From NCBI GenBank assembly GCA_951406725.2, contig OX597820.1, positions 77,190,001 to 77,254,000 of the forward strand: a stretch of 64,000 nucleotides of DNA, in the 5' to 3' direction. This DNA comes from Octopus vulgaris. Lineage: Eukaryota. The notes beneath the pieces are model-generated. The model was not told the origin of the DNA. It did not search any database and saw only the letters and a list, made by a program, of their open reading frames with translations. The translations under genes and the position numbers were made by a program. Positions within the stretch are counted from its first letter, which is position 1. Each line of letters opens with the position of its first letter. This document shows, piece after piece, positions 26,229-40,482 of the stretch.

Positions 26229-29200
26229 TAGTGTATGTCTTCTGCGTCAAAGTGCATTCTTTCAAGACATTAAGATTTTTAAATCTCTGAACAAGAAACA
26301 TTAAGTAAGGACGCAGAGAGCGTGTCGATAGCCAGCTGGAGATAATGTTTGCTGGGGCTAAATTACTGTAACATTCGTCCCACTCAGGACTACCACATTA
26401 TGCTGGCAAATAATCTTTACTCATTAGAATTTTTCTTTTCCAAGAGCTTCCCATTATTTTCGAATTAAATTGGAATTTCCCAATTTTGTGAATTCTACAT
26501 ATTGAATGTTACTCAAATATTGGTTGCATATTAATATGTTCGTCTTAGTAGGAAAGGTACTACCACTGCTCACTGCAGACTTTTGTCCCACACGTAGGTT
26601 CACGATAGATAAAGTCCAGGCTCTCATAATTCCTGTATAATATATGTAATGGAAAATTCGATCGATCTGCAGCATGGTAAGGACAGCGATTAAGTGGATT
26701 TCGCTACTCTGAAAACTTGCTGCGTTTCGAGTTGAAATGCTATTGAGATTAACCTTGCTTTTGCATCTCCGTGAGAGATAAAAATACTTCCAATTAAATA
26801 ATGCGGATGACAGCACCGATTCCAACTTTTGGCAAGCTGAGGCTAATATAAAAACGGTAGAAGTGAGACATCTAGGGCATTAATATCGTTGTGATGATAG
26901 TTATAGAGTATAATCTAATACAATTAAATTATACGATAAAGTAAATGTTCTACAATGAATGATCTATGGCATAATTTTGAGTGTATATATATATTTTGTC
27001 TATTTGAGATGATTTAATAGTTTTGCTTTATGGGTAGTGAATTTTTTATTCAATGCAATATTCTCGGTCACTTTTAAGAACTAAATTCATTTCTGATCTT
27101 GACATGTACTTTTGGGCATTTATCAGAAGTGGAATGAGCGCTAATATTTGTAAACTTTCAACAGTTCATGCATTTTAACTTTTGTTCTTCAGCCTGTCAA
27201 GGGAAGTTTGTGTTGTAACACACTGTCATGTACATAATAACTTGATTTGGCACGTTTATGGATCGACATTATATATTCCTGTCACTGCTGATGTACAACA
27301 ACTTATTTCTTTGGAATTTTAGTGTTCATTTGTCTTACCAAGATATCAAGTGAATTAAACGTGGGAGCAAATGGTTATTGACGGATAGTGTTTGATTCGT
27401 CATTTACATATATTTAAATGCAGCTGCAACAAAGACAGAGCAGATTAGTAACATAGAAAACATGAATGTGTGGTGGCATAATTTTATTACGAGTCGGACC
27501 AGAAGTAATATAAAAGTAGAAAATTGAGCATTTAACATTATCACATGCTCCCATGTAGAAGTCTCGTGAACAGTTTTTAATCCTAAACCCGAACAATGAG
27601 CGATGTTTGCATGATAACAATACTTCTGATTGTGTTTCCAGCTGGATATTAATATTTTGGTAATTTAAATATAAAGCATTTTCTACTATCAAAGTTCTTA
27701 AATTTGAGATGACAAACTCTTTCGTATATCTAGTTGTCACTATTGTGGAAAATATAATTAACCGATATGGCAAAGGTAGGATTTCGGGAATTGAATATCA
27801 GAGGTCGAACACAATTTGAGATTGAAGATACAATGAATACACACCTGTCAATAAGTTTTCACTATATCAATAGAAAAGTAAAGAGTGCAGATTAAAAATC
27901 ACAATATTGCCACGTCATTAACTTGACAAGCAATACTTTAGAAATTTGAATAACTTCTATCCCAGGCAAACCCAAACCGTAAGAATTCCACCACTCGTCT
28001 ATCATTCACTCAACAATAAATCGCGATACCATATTAAAATCATTGGATGATGATTAATTAAGAACATAATATAATATGACCACTGATTCCAATTATCTAA
28101 TGAAATATCTTAATGGTTGCCTGCTGTATCAATTCATATCGTGATTTAATTATCGGTTGCTAGTTAGTAATTCTGTATATGGAAAAATGGACAAGTAAAG
28201 TGTCTCCTGTTAAACTATATTTAAATTATTGAAAGTTAGGAATATTGAATCGACTGGAACCTATTCTTTAATTACTTACCATAAACAGACCGATGATCAG
28301 TGAAAATAGTTTAACACTATTTGCAGATTCGTAAAGTATCTACCCGTGTTCATCAACATTCATATTTCACATGTTACTGAGACCAAATGTGTTTCTTATC
28401 AGTACGAATCTATAACAATTCTATCGTATCAGCAATGTTGTCGACTGAAGTGTTTGACTTTATCTTCAACCTATTTTAATCTATTTCTAATGCCAGTAAA
28501 TATTAATTCTTAAACCTAGAGTTAACCTTTAATCTGCGCAGCTATAATTTGCATATGAATTTTCCCTAGTTAATCGAGAGTTTCACTTGTAGATGATTTA
28601 CTGCAAGATTTTGCCACACACCTGTATCAGAAAACTTAGAAGAATTTGCTGCCATACTCGGAACAACATTCAGTTTTAGCAGCCGAATATGACATAACGA
28701 GCGGTTATCGAAAATGCATGTGCGATTTTTAAAATTGTGTTGCTGACATAAAATATTTGAATAATGTTCCTCATCATAAATGTAAGCATTCTACGGATAA
28801 TCAATTCACATAAAATAAATATATAAAGGAACTAATGCGTGGCTGCATGTATCATAGTCCATCACATATGCGCGTTTAATCATGAACCGTAAAATCTGGG
28901 CAAATTATGAAAAGCCTTTCGTTATGAGCCATAATAGTTGTGCGTTTACCTCGTTTATTTATTTATATGCTCAAGCTAACAGGTTATACGAACTAAATTG
29001 TTGTTTTAAATGCTGTTTTAATATATCTTTAACGACCATTATTTTTACGGGATTTTTAATATTACCTTGTTACTTAAGCATTTTGCGGGTATATATTCAA
29101 TTAAATCATATTTGCATTTCACTGGTTAATAACTTATTAAACTCAGAATGATGAATCTGAAGTTCGAACCCGGCACCATATGAACGCAAAATACGGAGGA

Positions 29201-29819
29201 CTGTTACTATATTCAGTAAAGTACACCTCCACTGGCTCCTCACTATATTATACAGTAGAAGTAGCCGCAATAGCACAAGCACAGCAGCAGCGTCACCTGC
29301 AGCAGCAGCAGTATTAGTAGTAGTAGTAAATGCAAAATCAGAGGAAAGTCGGTAGCCTTGTCATCAGTATTTCACTGGTTTTACCCTCGACCAGATTTTA
29401 GTTCAAAATATAAACAACCGGAAAAAATAACGGCGATGATACTTATACTTCTCTTGAAATTGCAGGAGGTATAGAACCACAATGCATTACTGCGCTTCTT
29501 CAGCCACTGTATGATCGTTCCTCTATTTCGTATGTGCCGACATCAAATCAAGCAGATGTTCCTGATTGGTATGGCGTCAAGTGGAACAATGCGAAATCAT
29601 AATAGACGTTGGGTGAGATGTTGGCGCTCGCCAATTTAGCTTGAGGTTTCACAAATAGATTTCTTTCAGACCGTTTCTGGTGAGAGTATCCATATTATCC
29701 GTTACCTCTTCAAGATTCTTCTACTCTGGGATATCTGACCCAAACTAGGCGTCAACCAATTTTACTTGGTGCTGAAATGTCATAAGTCCACGTCTACATG
29801 TTTCCAGTTGTAGTTACAC

Positions 29820-29940
29820 TGACTTTTGATTTTGATTCCTATTAAATTCAAGTAGGTAAACATTGACACCACTTCCAGTGAAGCATGTCCCTTTCTTGAA
29901 ATTTTTTGGTTGATATTGATATTCAGATTTTCTACGCTGT
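29820..29940 (-). mobile_element. Degenerate LINE reverse transcriptase fragment
   Basis: Minus strand LNININQK...LEVVSMFTYL resembles the RT motifs GLxINxxKT and LEVVxxFTYLG. Confidence 0.4.
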
Positions 29941-30037
29941 TTATACCCTATTTCGATATATTAACTCGTCCTAATTACTACGTTGCGTTCAATCAGTATT
30001 CCGTATCTTTTTTCTCATTACACAAAATATAAAAATA

Positions 30038-30274
30038 TTGGGTTGGTGCAAAATTATTGCGGATATTTTTCAACAAATTTTTATTCAAGAAAAGCACGTA
30101 ACAAAAACATCTTTAAATGATTATTTCCGATCATATCCACCGTCTACTTCAATTACTGTTTCCCATTTGCTTGGCAGACAATCAGACCGTCATTTAAAGA
30201 TGTTTTGGGGAAATATTGTTTTTATTGAATAAAATTTGATCAATAAAAGCCGCAATAATTATACACCAATCCAA
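30038..30274. mobile_element. mariner-type MITE
   Basis: TIRs ttgggttggtgcaaaattattgcgg and ccgcaataattatacaccaatccaa, flanked by TA at 30036-37 and 30275-76. Confidence 0.88.
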
Positions 30275-30464
30275 TACAATTTATTATTGCGCGTTCAAAA
30301 TATATCTCTCGCGTATAAGTACTTACGAATACATCAAATCATTCAATTGCCTTGACAACAACTTTGAAATTTAAAAAGTGGGATTTCAGTCTCAATGTCA
30401 ATTTATCACTTCAACATCAACCAATTGGTAAAGAACATTCTTCACCATTTTATTATTTTTTTCC

Positions 30465-30638
30465 AGGCACAAGTTCGGTCGGCTGTGTAACAAGAAGTTT
30501 GCTTCCCAAGCACAGGGTTCGGTTTCAATCCTGCTGCGTGGCACATGGGAAACTTGCTTTCGCCTACTATATATCCTCGTGCAGACCAAACCTTGTGAGT
30601 TGACGGAAACTGGAAGAAACCCATCGTACAGATGTGTT

Positions 30639-30673
<35 letters not shown>

Positions 30674-30942
30674 TAGAGAGAGAGAGATAGGCAGAGATAG
30701 AGAGAGAAAGAGAGGATGTGTGTGCATGTGTGAGTGCGCATGTGTCTATCTGCTACTACCGCTTGACAGTTGGTATCGGTATGTTTACGTCCCTGTAACT
30801 AGCGGTTCGGCAAGGAGACCGCTAGAATAAGTAGCAAGCTTGAAAATTAAATAACTACTGGGAGTCACTTCTTTTGGCTGGAGTTTATGTAGGAGGTGCA
30901 TGGTCGCAGTCTAATGACTGAAACACATGAAATGAGATAAAA
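30465..30942 (+). mobile_element. SINE family A, full length, with internal TG/GA microsatellite
   Basis: ggctgtgtaacaagaagtttgcttccc head through gtctaatgactgaaaca tail. Confidence 0.85.
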
Positions 30943-32062
30943 CATCTATTTCTGTTTTGGGTCAATGGGAACAATTCTGAATGAATAATAATTTTAGATG
31001 CCTTAAAAGATAAATAGTAAACCCATTAATTGATAATGCGTTCAATTATATTATATGTGGACCAGTATTCTAAAGAAAACTTTTTTATGGTGTTATTGTA
31101 TTAATGGTGGTATATCTAATATAGAAATTATTTTAATATTGTTATTCAGAACTTTGATGAAACAGTAATATTTCTCAAATGCAATTAAAATATAAAACTC
31201 ATAATAGAGATTTAATAAAGTCAGAAAATTGTAGTCGTACTTTATCATTTTGGCTGAATGTTTTAATAATCTAATAATACTAGTGAAATTAAATTTCGAG
31301 AGGAAATTAACTTATAAGCATATCCTACAACAATAAGTTGTTTACGAAAGAGACGTCTGAATATTTCTTCTTAATAAAGAATATTTCCTTAAATTTTATT
31401 AATCTCTATATTGAGAGCAACATTGTACGGAGGTTTAAGTTTAGTATTTAGTTCAATCTAAATCCAAATCTCACAGGCAACGTTTTTATTTAATTAAGAG
31501 AAAACTATAAAGAAATAACTTCACGATGTGAAACCATAATGCTAATACAACGGATTATTCTTTAAGTGATGCTTTAAACAGAGAGCTTCAAATGCTATTA
31601 CTTGGTTAAAACTACATTATACTTTTCCAAAATGCAATTTACCGCAACATAAACGTCCTTACCGTTTATAGTTGCATTTTATTTCTATCTAACATGCATT
31701 TGTTCACTTAATTTTTGACACAATGTTTCCCTTTTATAATAGGTATACAATATTTTGCATTATATAAAAAATTAAATGTTTGATTTTGCATCGTTCAGAC
31801 AATTAAGGCTATACATTGCATCAATGAACTTCACTTAAATCTAAATTAATAGTAAATTTACTTATATTGCTGTGTATGATACCTACTGAAAATATTACTA
31901 GCATGTGCAAGGATGATGATATACTCAGCCACTTAGATTTGATTATAGATTTCATATCGATCAGTATTACATACAAGCTTTTCAGGCATTATTTCTTTGC
32001 AATTCTCAATTTCACCTTACTTTCCTATAAATAGATTATGTGCGAGCATAGGAATTCTATAT

Positions 32063-32356
32063 CACCGTGATCACCGTGACCGACCAGGCTATCGGATGTT
32101 GCCACACATCGCTGTTCCCAACGCGCTTCGAATTGTTTTAGCCTTCAAATGACGCCACCCCGCTGGCTAAGCGAGCAGGCCAACATAAGGAAGAGTGAGA
32201 TAAAGTTGTGGCGAAAGAGTACAGCAGGGATCACCACCAACCCCTGCTGGTGCTTCGTGGAGCTTTAGGTGTTTTTGCACAATAAACACTCACAACGCCC
32301 GGTCTGGGAATCGAAACCGCGAGTCCGCTTCCCTAACCAATGGGCCATTGCGCCTC
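32063..32356 (-). mobile_element. tRNA-derived SINE family C with 14-bp target site duplication
   Basis: Minus strand head GAGGCGCAATGGCCCATTGGTTAGGG...GGTTTCGATTCCC, tail of CACGGTGAT repeats; TSD taggaattctatat at 32049-32062 and 32357-32370. Confidence 0.92.
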
Positions 32357-32710
32357 TAGGAATTCTATATATCCAAATAAAATAAAAAATAAGCAAATAA
32401 TATTTACCATGCATTTGCTAATGAGAGACACACAAAATATAAGGCGTCGTTTCGTTATATGCTTATGAAGTTTGACTGCAAATCTTGATGAGGCCAGAAT
32501 GTTAAAGCTCGATAGTTTAAAATACCCACCAAGTATTAAAGTCGAATAAATCTATTATAGCCGCCGCTAAAATATGTCCTCAGTACCAATGCAATCAACG
32601 AGTATTTTAATAGATACATGTGTGCGTGTCTGCATATGTATTTATTTATGTATTTGCATGTTTACGTATGTGTGTAAGTGTGTGTTTAGAGAGATAAGTT
32701 GTTATAGAGA

Positions 32711-33412
32711 TATGTTTCTTTATTAGCCACACAGGGCTGCACACAGATAGAACAAATTACAAGGTAGAGCTTTTCTTTTGAAGGTTTAAGAAAGAAAAAA
32801 AAAAAAAAAAAAAAAGGAAGGGGGAGTTTCGATCAAAAGGGATCGTAAAAGGAGAGAAAGAGGATAAAAAAAAGGGGGGTTTAAAAAAAGGGGGGAGGAA
32901 AAAAAATTGATCAATAGGGATCGTTATCACAGAAATGTCAATATGAAGTGTAAAGGGGAGGACAGGTGAGGTTTACCCGTGCAAATAAAAGCCTACGGAA
33001 AAGACCACGGTAACCTCGGTCAATGATTTCACATTTTATATTTATTTTTTTTTTTTTTTGCAAATAAGCAACTCTCTGTTTTCGATTTCTGGGTTCATAG
33101 GACTATGCTCAAGGTGGCTTCGTCATTCATACGTGCCCTTACATTCTTTCGCCATAGCCACAGGGATGATGAAAATAGCTCTTCCTTCCCGTTTGAAGGA
33201 AGGAGGCGTGACAATATTGACGATAGACTCAGCTGATAAACCGACTCGTCCCACACGTGACAGCAGTTGTTCGACATAAGCCCCGGTAGCACTGCCAGGC
33301 CAGGGATCTCTGGAAGTTGTCCATGGGCCCTGGCCCGAAAGTCGTCCTGAACAGGCGGGTCAGGTACTCCTCGTCGACGTCCAGGTTCGCCCCGAAGTCG
33401 TCGTCGTACCTA
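32711..33412 (-). mobile_element. L1/Tx1-like LINE 3' end, copy 2, internally deleted
   Basis: YDDDFGANLDVDEEYLTRLFRTTFGPGPMDNFQRSLAWQCYRG / AYVEQLLSRVGRVGLSAESIVNIVTPPSFKREGRAIFIIPVAMAKEC / RARMNDEATLSIVL*, plus a 3' UTR shared with the 12928 copy. Confidence 0.78.
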
Positions 33413-35239
33413 TAGGTAGATAGAGAGAGAGAGAGAGAGATATATAGATAGACAGACTGACAGATGATATATATATATATATAAATAGACAGACAGACTG
33501 ATAGATTAGATACATAGATATGTATTAGGTGAAAGATTAAACTTCACCAGTATTGAATGCCTTTAGTAGGTGTAGGTTGTAGGCTATATTCCTCACTCTA
33601 CCTTCCCTGTAAAGAATCATGTGCACTGTGTTCCCTCCCACCAACCATCAAATAAAATTAGTCGTTTTCTTTTTATATTTCTGTGTAGTATAAAGAAATC
33701 ATTCACTATTACATATTTTAAAACACACCGTTGTTAGTGTCGACACAACAAATAAAAACTAATTCATATGTTGTTCATAATATTTTCGATAGAGATTTAC
33801 ATTTTGCTGGAAAATACGGTTTCAGGCACAACCTAAGAAAGGGATTATTATGTTAGTTATGATAGTGTTCAACATCGCAGATGTATTCCTCGTTTAGTTT
33901 TTATGTTCTGTGCACCATGTAAATGCACACTTCAATACATGTCCGTTTCATTTACAATAAATTTCATGCAGACCCGGTATGAATTACCATACACGTCTTA
34001 TCGATGCGATGTTATATTGATATATGATGCATTTCCCCATATGCGCTGTTTGAAAGCAAAGAAACGCCATAGCTGCAAAACTTATGAACAAATGTGATAG
34101 ACAGGAACACCACAGGCTAAGCAGCATCTTATACTCATTCTCACTCATTTATGAATAATTTATCGTATATTGCAGACAGTTCTGGAAAGACATACTGCCC
34201 TGCATTATCATACTGGAATATCAACAGTTAGGGCAACAATTCATAATCTGGCATTAGGGCTACGGTATATTAATGAGTAAATGTTTTAGACTCGTTATCT
34301 TTACGAAAGCTTGAACGAGTTGTTCATCTACAGAAACGATATAATATGAGCTATTATTCTAGGTCTCGTATAAATTAACAAAAACTGAATTCGACACGCC
34401 CATGAAACCAAGGATTTTGTTGCATAGAAGATAAATTGTAATATATGACAGTACACTCTAACAACTTACTGCTTAATGTATGGAACATTTAGGCCCGTGT
34501 TCTCCGTTTTAATGCTTAGAATAGGCTACTAACCATCATTCCATACACCATATTACTATAAAACCTTTCTTTCATTTGTGATTTCTAAGCAATTTTCATA
34601 TCAATAAAATCTAATTCATACATTGAAATTTAGTGTTAAATATAAGGGCATACAAATATGTTATTATCAAATATATTTATTAATATTAAACTTTATAGAT
34701 ATATCGGAAATGTGTGTTATAGTCATAGAAATACATCTATTCATATGTTATATATTTCAAATCAAAACGGAAATCCGTTTGTTAAGACGACCACATTATA
34801 AAGGTGACATAAAAAACTTAGCAAGACTGCCGAGGGTTTACCAGAAGATAGAAAAGAGACAAAATCTGTGCAGACAGATAACATTCATATTATCATAATA
34901 AAAGAAAACTTTTTCGATAATATTCACGTCCGCTTTTATATAAAGGAGGAATAGATACGGAAGTTAGTTATGATAGAATAATCTTTCTCTTTAATCTTCC
35001 AGACGTAAATAATTTCAAAGGAAAATATTATTTGTCTTTTCCAGCGATGACAGTTTTTTTCGGTGGACATATTTGCATTCTAACCCTTAGTCCTCTCTCT
35101 ATCTCTCACTCTTTCTCTCTCTCTCTCCCTCTCGCGCTTTCTCTCTCGCTTTCTCTCCGTACACATATTCATACATACAAACGTATCTGTACATATACAC
35201 ATTTACATGTGTATGTGTGTGTCTTCTGATGTAAATGCA

Positions 35240-35282
35240 TATTTATATATAGGTGTATATACATATATATGTATATATACAT

Positions 35283-35333
<51 letters not shown>

Positions 35334-35420
35334 TGTGTGTGTGCGTGTATACATATATCTATATACACATATATACGCAGGTAGACGTGTGTGTTTATAT
35401 ATATATGTATATATATATAT
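35240..35420. repeat. (TA)n-rich microsatellite
   Basis: Direct reading. Confidence 0.9.
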
Positions 35421-36377
35421 TTTCAAAAATTTTTATCTATAAATTCATATGCATATATTTACATAATATAATGTGTATCTTACGCAATATTTATAAACAC
35501 ACACATGTATATACATGCATACATATGTCTGTGTATGAGTGTGTGTGTGTCTTATATATGACAGATTGAGTTAACTGTGACTTAAGCAGTTTGCAGCAGT
35601 TTAAAACTTTTCAGCGATGCCAAACACTGTTGATAATAGTATCAGGTAATTTCAACGCAATCATATCTCACCTAGTAGCAAGGTTTCTTTTTTCCTTTTT
35701 TTTTTGTTTTTTTGCTTTCATGCAACGCAGTCGTAGTCCTTTTAAAATGGAACCAGCAATTTTGTTTTACTTCACATAGAAGATTTCGATTTGTAGAATG
35801 CTACGAATTTGGTTCATCCTCTTATAAGCCCTATCATATAAATATCGAAAACTTTTTCATTACACTCCATTTTATACGAATTGTTGTTATTTGGTCGCTC
35901 CTATATCGCGGATACCATGTAAAAATGGAGCACTTTTGCTACAAATCCATGCTATTTCATATCTTCTGAAAACTCTGTACCAGATCCTCTTCATTCTTTA
36001 GACTGACCCATAGTTCATCCAACTCTCATAATGTACCTATTCACTATAGTCTTCCAAAGATACCACCATCCCTTCACTGGTGATATTTGTTCCTGCTGCG
36101 AACGTCCATACAGACATGCAAAGTATTGTTTATTATTACCGAATGTTTCAGCAACACGAGTGTTTTTTCCAAATTAATTTATCAATATATATAGTTTTCA
36201 AAACTGTTATTAAAATGTATGTGTATCTATTGAGCTGAGAGCTGTTGAAATATATTCTGGTAATAATTTTTAAGGACTGACTGTAATAAATGGAAAGATC
36301 ACACGGGTATATTCATATCTACCTAGTTGAAAATATTTGCATCTGATAGAGATGCTGTATATTTCGATCAAGCAAGT

Positions 36378-36590
36378 GAACAGGGAGAATTGTTAGCATG
36401 CCGGGGAAAATGCTTAGCGGCATTACGTCCCGAGTTCAAATTCCGTCGAGGTCCACTTTGCTTTTCATTTATTTTCTCTGTTGATGAAAAAACAGTGCCA
36501 GGTGGACATTGCTGTCGGCATAATCGACTTCCCCCTCCCTCCTCTAAACTGCTGAAATTTACTAAAATTTGAAATCGATATTTCATTATA
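36378..36590 (+). mobile_element. SINE family B, diverged
   Basis: gaattgttagcatgccggggaaaatgcttagcgg...gagttcaaattccgtcgaggtccactttgc. Confidence 0.75.
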
Positions 36591-36867
36591 ATATTTTAAT
36601 CACAAAATTTGCCAAAAAAAAAAAACGATGTGATGCATTTCTAGCTTATTCTTAAATATATATCTCAGATAAATATCTCAGACAGTCATAGACAATAACG
36701 GAGTTCCAGTCGTGTAGCGGCGTATTTGAGAATGCTGGTGACACAGACTTATTACGTTACTATAAAACGCAATTTATACAAAGGAAAAAAATTAACAGAA
36801 AGGAAAACAGAAAGAATATTTTACAAACTTATCAAATTTGGGAACAATTTTGAATGAAATGGTAACT

Positions 36868-37026
36868 CAGCTACATCAACCCCAGTACTTTACTGGTGCT
36901 TATTCTACTGACCACACAAAGACGAACGGTAACGTCGGATTTAACGAGATTTGAACTCGAAACGTAAAGAAAAAATACAGCAAAGCATGTTTTTCGATAC
37001 TCAAATCGATTCTGCTAGATCACCCC
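36868..37026 (-). mobile_element. SINE family B, diverged
   Basis: atcaaccccagtactttactggtgcttatt...gatttgaactcgaaacgtaaa. Confidence 0.6.
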
Positions 37027-37220
37027 TCTCTTAGAACTTGTTGAAATATGATCGTTAGAGATATTGGCGTTTTATTATGTGATACATGCATTATTAAAGG
37101 TTCCATGTTTCATGAATAATCTTATTTTAATTTCTATTTTTTTTAAATGTCATTATCATTAAATGAATTCTCGCTTTGCTATTCATCTACAGTAACTACA
37201 AACATATATATGTACGTATA

Positions 37221-37625
37221 CTCTTTACTCTTTACTTGTTTCAGTCATTTGGCTGTAGCCATGCTGGAGCACCGCCTTTAGTCGAGCAAATCGACCCCAG
37301 GACTTATTCCTTGGAAGCCTAGTGCTTATTCTATCGGTCACTTTTGCAGAACCGCTAAGTCACAGGGACGTAAATACACGAGCATCGGTTGTCAAGCGAT
37401 GCAGTGGGACAAACACAGACACACAAACACGCACACACACACACACACACACTAACGCACACACACATACACACACACATATATATATATACATATATAG
37501 GACGGGCTTCTTTCAGTTTCAATCTACTAATTCCATTCACAAGGCTTTGGTCGGCCCGAGGCTATAGTAGAAGATACTTGCTCAAGGTGCCACGCAGTGG
37601 GACTGAACCCGGAACCACACGGAAC
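37221..37625 (-). mobile_element. SINE family A, well-preserved copy
   Basis: ctctttactctttacttgtttcagtcatttgg...ccacgcagtgggactgaacccggaaccac is the reverse complement of family A. Confidence 0.92.
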
Positions 37626-37960
37626 CACCTACTTATAGGGTGAACTTACAAATGTAAGTACTGGCAGAAACATACCTTTAGCTCGTATAAGTGATTTTAC
37701 CAGTCTTTACAGTTTGAACAGTTAGTTTAACTTGCACTTTACTTCAATAGTGAAATCTACTTCCAAGCCTTTGAACATTTTTTCAACAAATATATCCCTA
37801 TTTATTTGTTCTCTACTTATTATTTCCTTACCCCTTTTCTGTCTAGTTTCTGCCTTTGACGTCGAATCTACTAACGGTTTTTTTTTTAATACTCAATAAC
37901 TTTCTGTTTATCATTTATGCAGCCATCCAAATTGTTGTAATATCTTGTTGAGCTAGGCTC

Positions 37961-38054
37961 TCTTTCTTTCCTGATGAGAAGATTGCATTTACACCGTTTA
38001 TTCCTTTGGAATAAAACCAATGCCGTCTTCGAAACATATGTCGAAAGTAAAAGA
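37961..38054 (+). ncRNA. Type I hammerhead ribozyme, fully canonical core
   Basis: CTTTC-CTGATGA-GAAG...CTTC-GAA-ACATATGT-C-GAAAG; GUC triplet at 38040-38042; long stem II; palindromic stem III. Confidence 0.88.
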
Positions 38055-38172
38055 ATTTGAATAGCATCTGCGTTCAACTCCATTTATTTACTTATATATA
38101 TTTATATATATATATAATAAAAAGTAACAACAAAATGATGAGACGTCGATACTAGATAAATAGAGACTTCTT

Positions 38173-38652
38173 TATATATGTTATAACTTAGAATATACAG
38201 TAAAAGGTTGACATTATAGTACTCGAGTTTCGAGTGTCGGAGCCAAGGATTAAGCTGCATACTCGTCGGTTATTAATGAAAATAGAATCTATGTAAAACC
38301 GTTGAATAAAAGGTAAGTTACTCTAATAGGTAGAAAAAGATGTATGTGTGAGTATGCGCATACACATGTATGTTTGTGCGTGTGTATGTGCATGTACGTA
38401 TGCCTGTTTATGTGAGTGTGTATGTATGAAGGCGTTGTGAACGCACGGGGTTTATATCTATATATTGTGAGAATTTTTGTTTTTCTTTTATTCATTCTAC
38501 CTAATAGAGCAACTTCCTTTTATTCAACCGTTTTTCATAGCGTCTGTTGCCATTAACAGCCGACGAGTATGCAGCTTAGCTATTCGCTCCGACATTCGAA
38601 ACTCCGAATACTATAATGGCAGCCTCCTACTTTTTGTTCTAAATTATAACAT

Positions 38653-38657
<5 letters not shown>
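38173..38657. repeat. Inverted repeat with about 165-bp arms (38173-38340 and 38495-38657), each carrying an H1-related hammerhead-like motif
   Basis: Arms align as reverse complements; both read CCGACGAG...GCTCCGACAYTC-GAAACTC...TACTATAATG outward. Confidence 0.88.
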
Positions 38658-38881
<224 letters not shown>

Positions 38882-39214
38882 AACACATGGACGTATGAAT
38901 GTATATAAAATCTTGAAACTGAAATCTATCGCGCTACTTTTGATATTTCATGGTTTTAACGCCTAATGAAATTCCAAGGAATGAAGATATACATAAATCT
39001 GACAATAAACATATGTTAGTCTCAAATTACTTTTCATTTTATCACCTTCTCTGAACATCGTAACTTTGTTCGCACTTCAGCTTATACGTGGTATGATCGA
39101 ATGGGTTTTCCGTTCCATTTTATATTTGATAAGTAAGATTGATAAATCGTATACATACATAGATGCATGTATACATATACACACACGCACGCACGCACTC
39201 ACACACACATAGAT

Positions 39215-39268
<54 letters not shown>

Positions 39269-40059
39269 CATGGGCAAGAAAAAGTTCAATTGAAAAGAGA
39301 AAACTTAACGAAATTTTAGTGGAATTTCTCACTGGAAGTGTTTTAGTTCTGTGTGAAATCAAAGTATCGCCATTTAATATTTTAGTTTTGTAACGATACA
39401 CACTAACTACTATGTCAATGCTAATAAATAAGTGCATTTATATTCATGTATAAGAAAAAGAAGCTGTAAAAGTCCTGCCACTGTAAAAGTAGTTATGCCA
39501 CTGGGCACGCACGCACACATACACTGTCACGCACTCCTGTATTTGTCTATGTGATGTGTTCCTTTTTATTTGCATTCCATTTATTTGTGATTTCATGTAT
39601 ATATACGATTAAGTTCTTCCAGCACTGTTATATTATACGTGTGACTTATCTGCAATGATTGATGTACGTGAATTTCACAAAATGTTTTAACTCTGAAACT
39701 TTTAAAAGATGTTTTAACTATTTCACTGCCTTTCATTCTAAATAAAAACGAATTCATTACTTAGAATAAGTTCTGAATACATGAAAAACTCCATATTCCA
39801 TGAGATATCCTCAGTTAAATGAAACAGATTCGAAATTGTATTTTGTATATGTTTCAGTCAAAACAAACCGTATTAATGATGAATTTATCAACAGTATGTT
39901 TTGTATTTTTTCTGATACTAAAATCGTTATATGCTATTTTGCGTGTTTGCCTGTTACGGCGAAGCGGATTCCAGCGGATCCAATCAACTGATCGTAAAAT
40001 TAACGTCTAAGTGTCTGAGCGCTCCGAAGACACGGTCACCCTTAATGTAGACCTCAAGA

Positions 40060-40090
<31 letters not shown>

Positions 40091-40202
40091 GGATATGATG
40101 GGCAAATTGTCGCTATTTCATATTTTTAATTTCGAGCATGCACATGCGCATATATATATATATATGTATGTATACATTTATGTGTGTGTGTATATATATA
40201 TG

Positions 40203-40243
<41 letters not shown>

Positions 40244-40482
40244 GTGTGTTTGTGTGTGTGTGTGTGTGTTAGTTGCTATAACAGAAGATAGGCAACGAAT
40301 GTGTCACGCAGTGGCAACATGTGGCTGTGAACGAAGCCACTTACTACATAGCACCACCTGTTCCTATGCCCCTTTTAACACCAATCCTTGCGAAATACTG
40401 AGTTTAATATTCTTCTAAAACACAAAAAGCTTTGAGCAGCTACACATGAATACATATTTTTGTTGAGCTTACCGTAGTTAGA

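Noticed and set aside
29466-29613. Possible + strand exon after ttgcag (GIEPQCITALLQPLY...)
   Set aside because: No recognisable protein similarity or partner exons, and it is adjacent to a LINE relic
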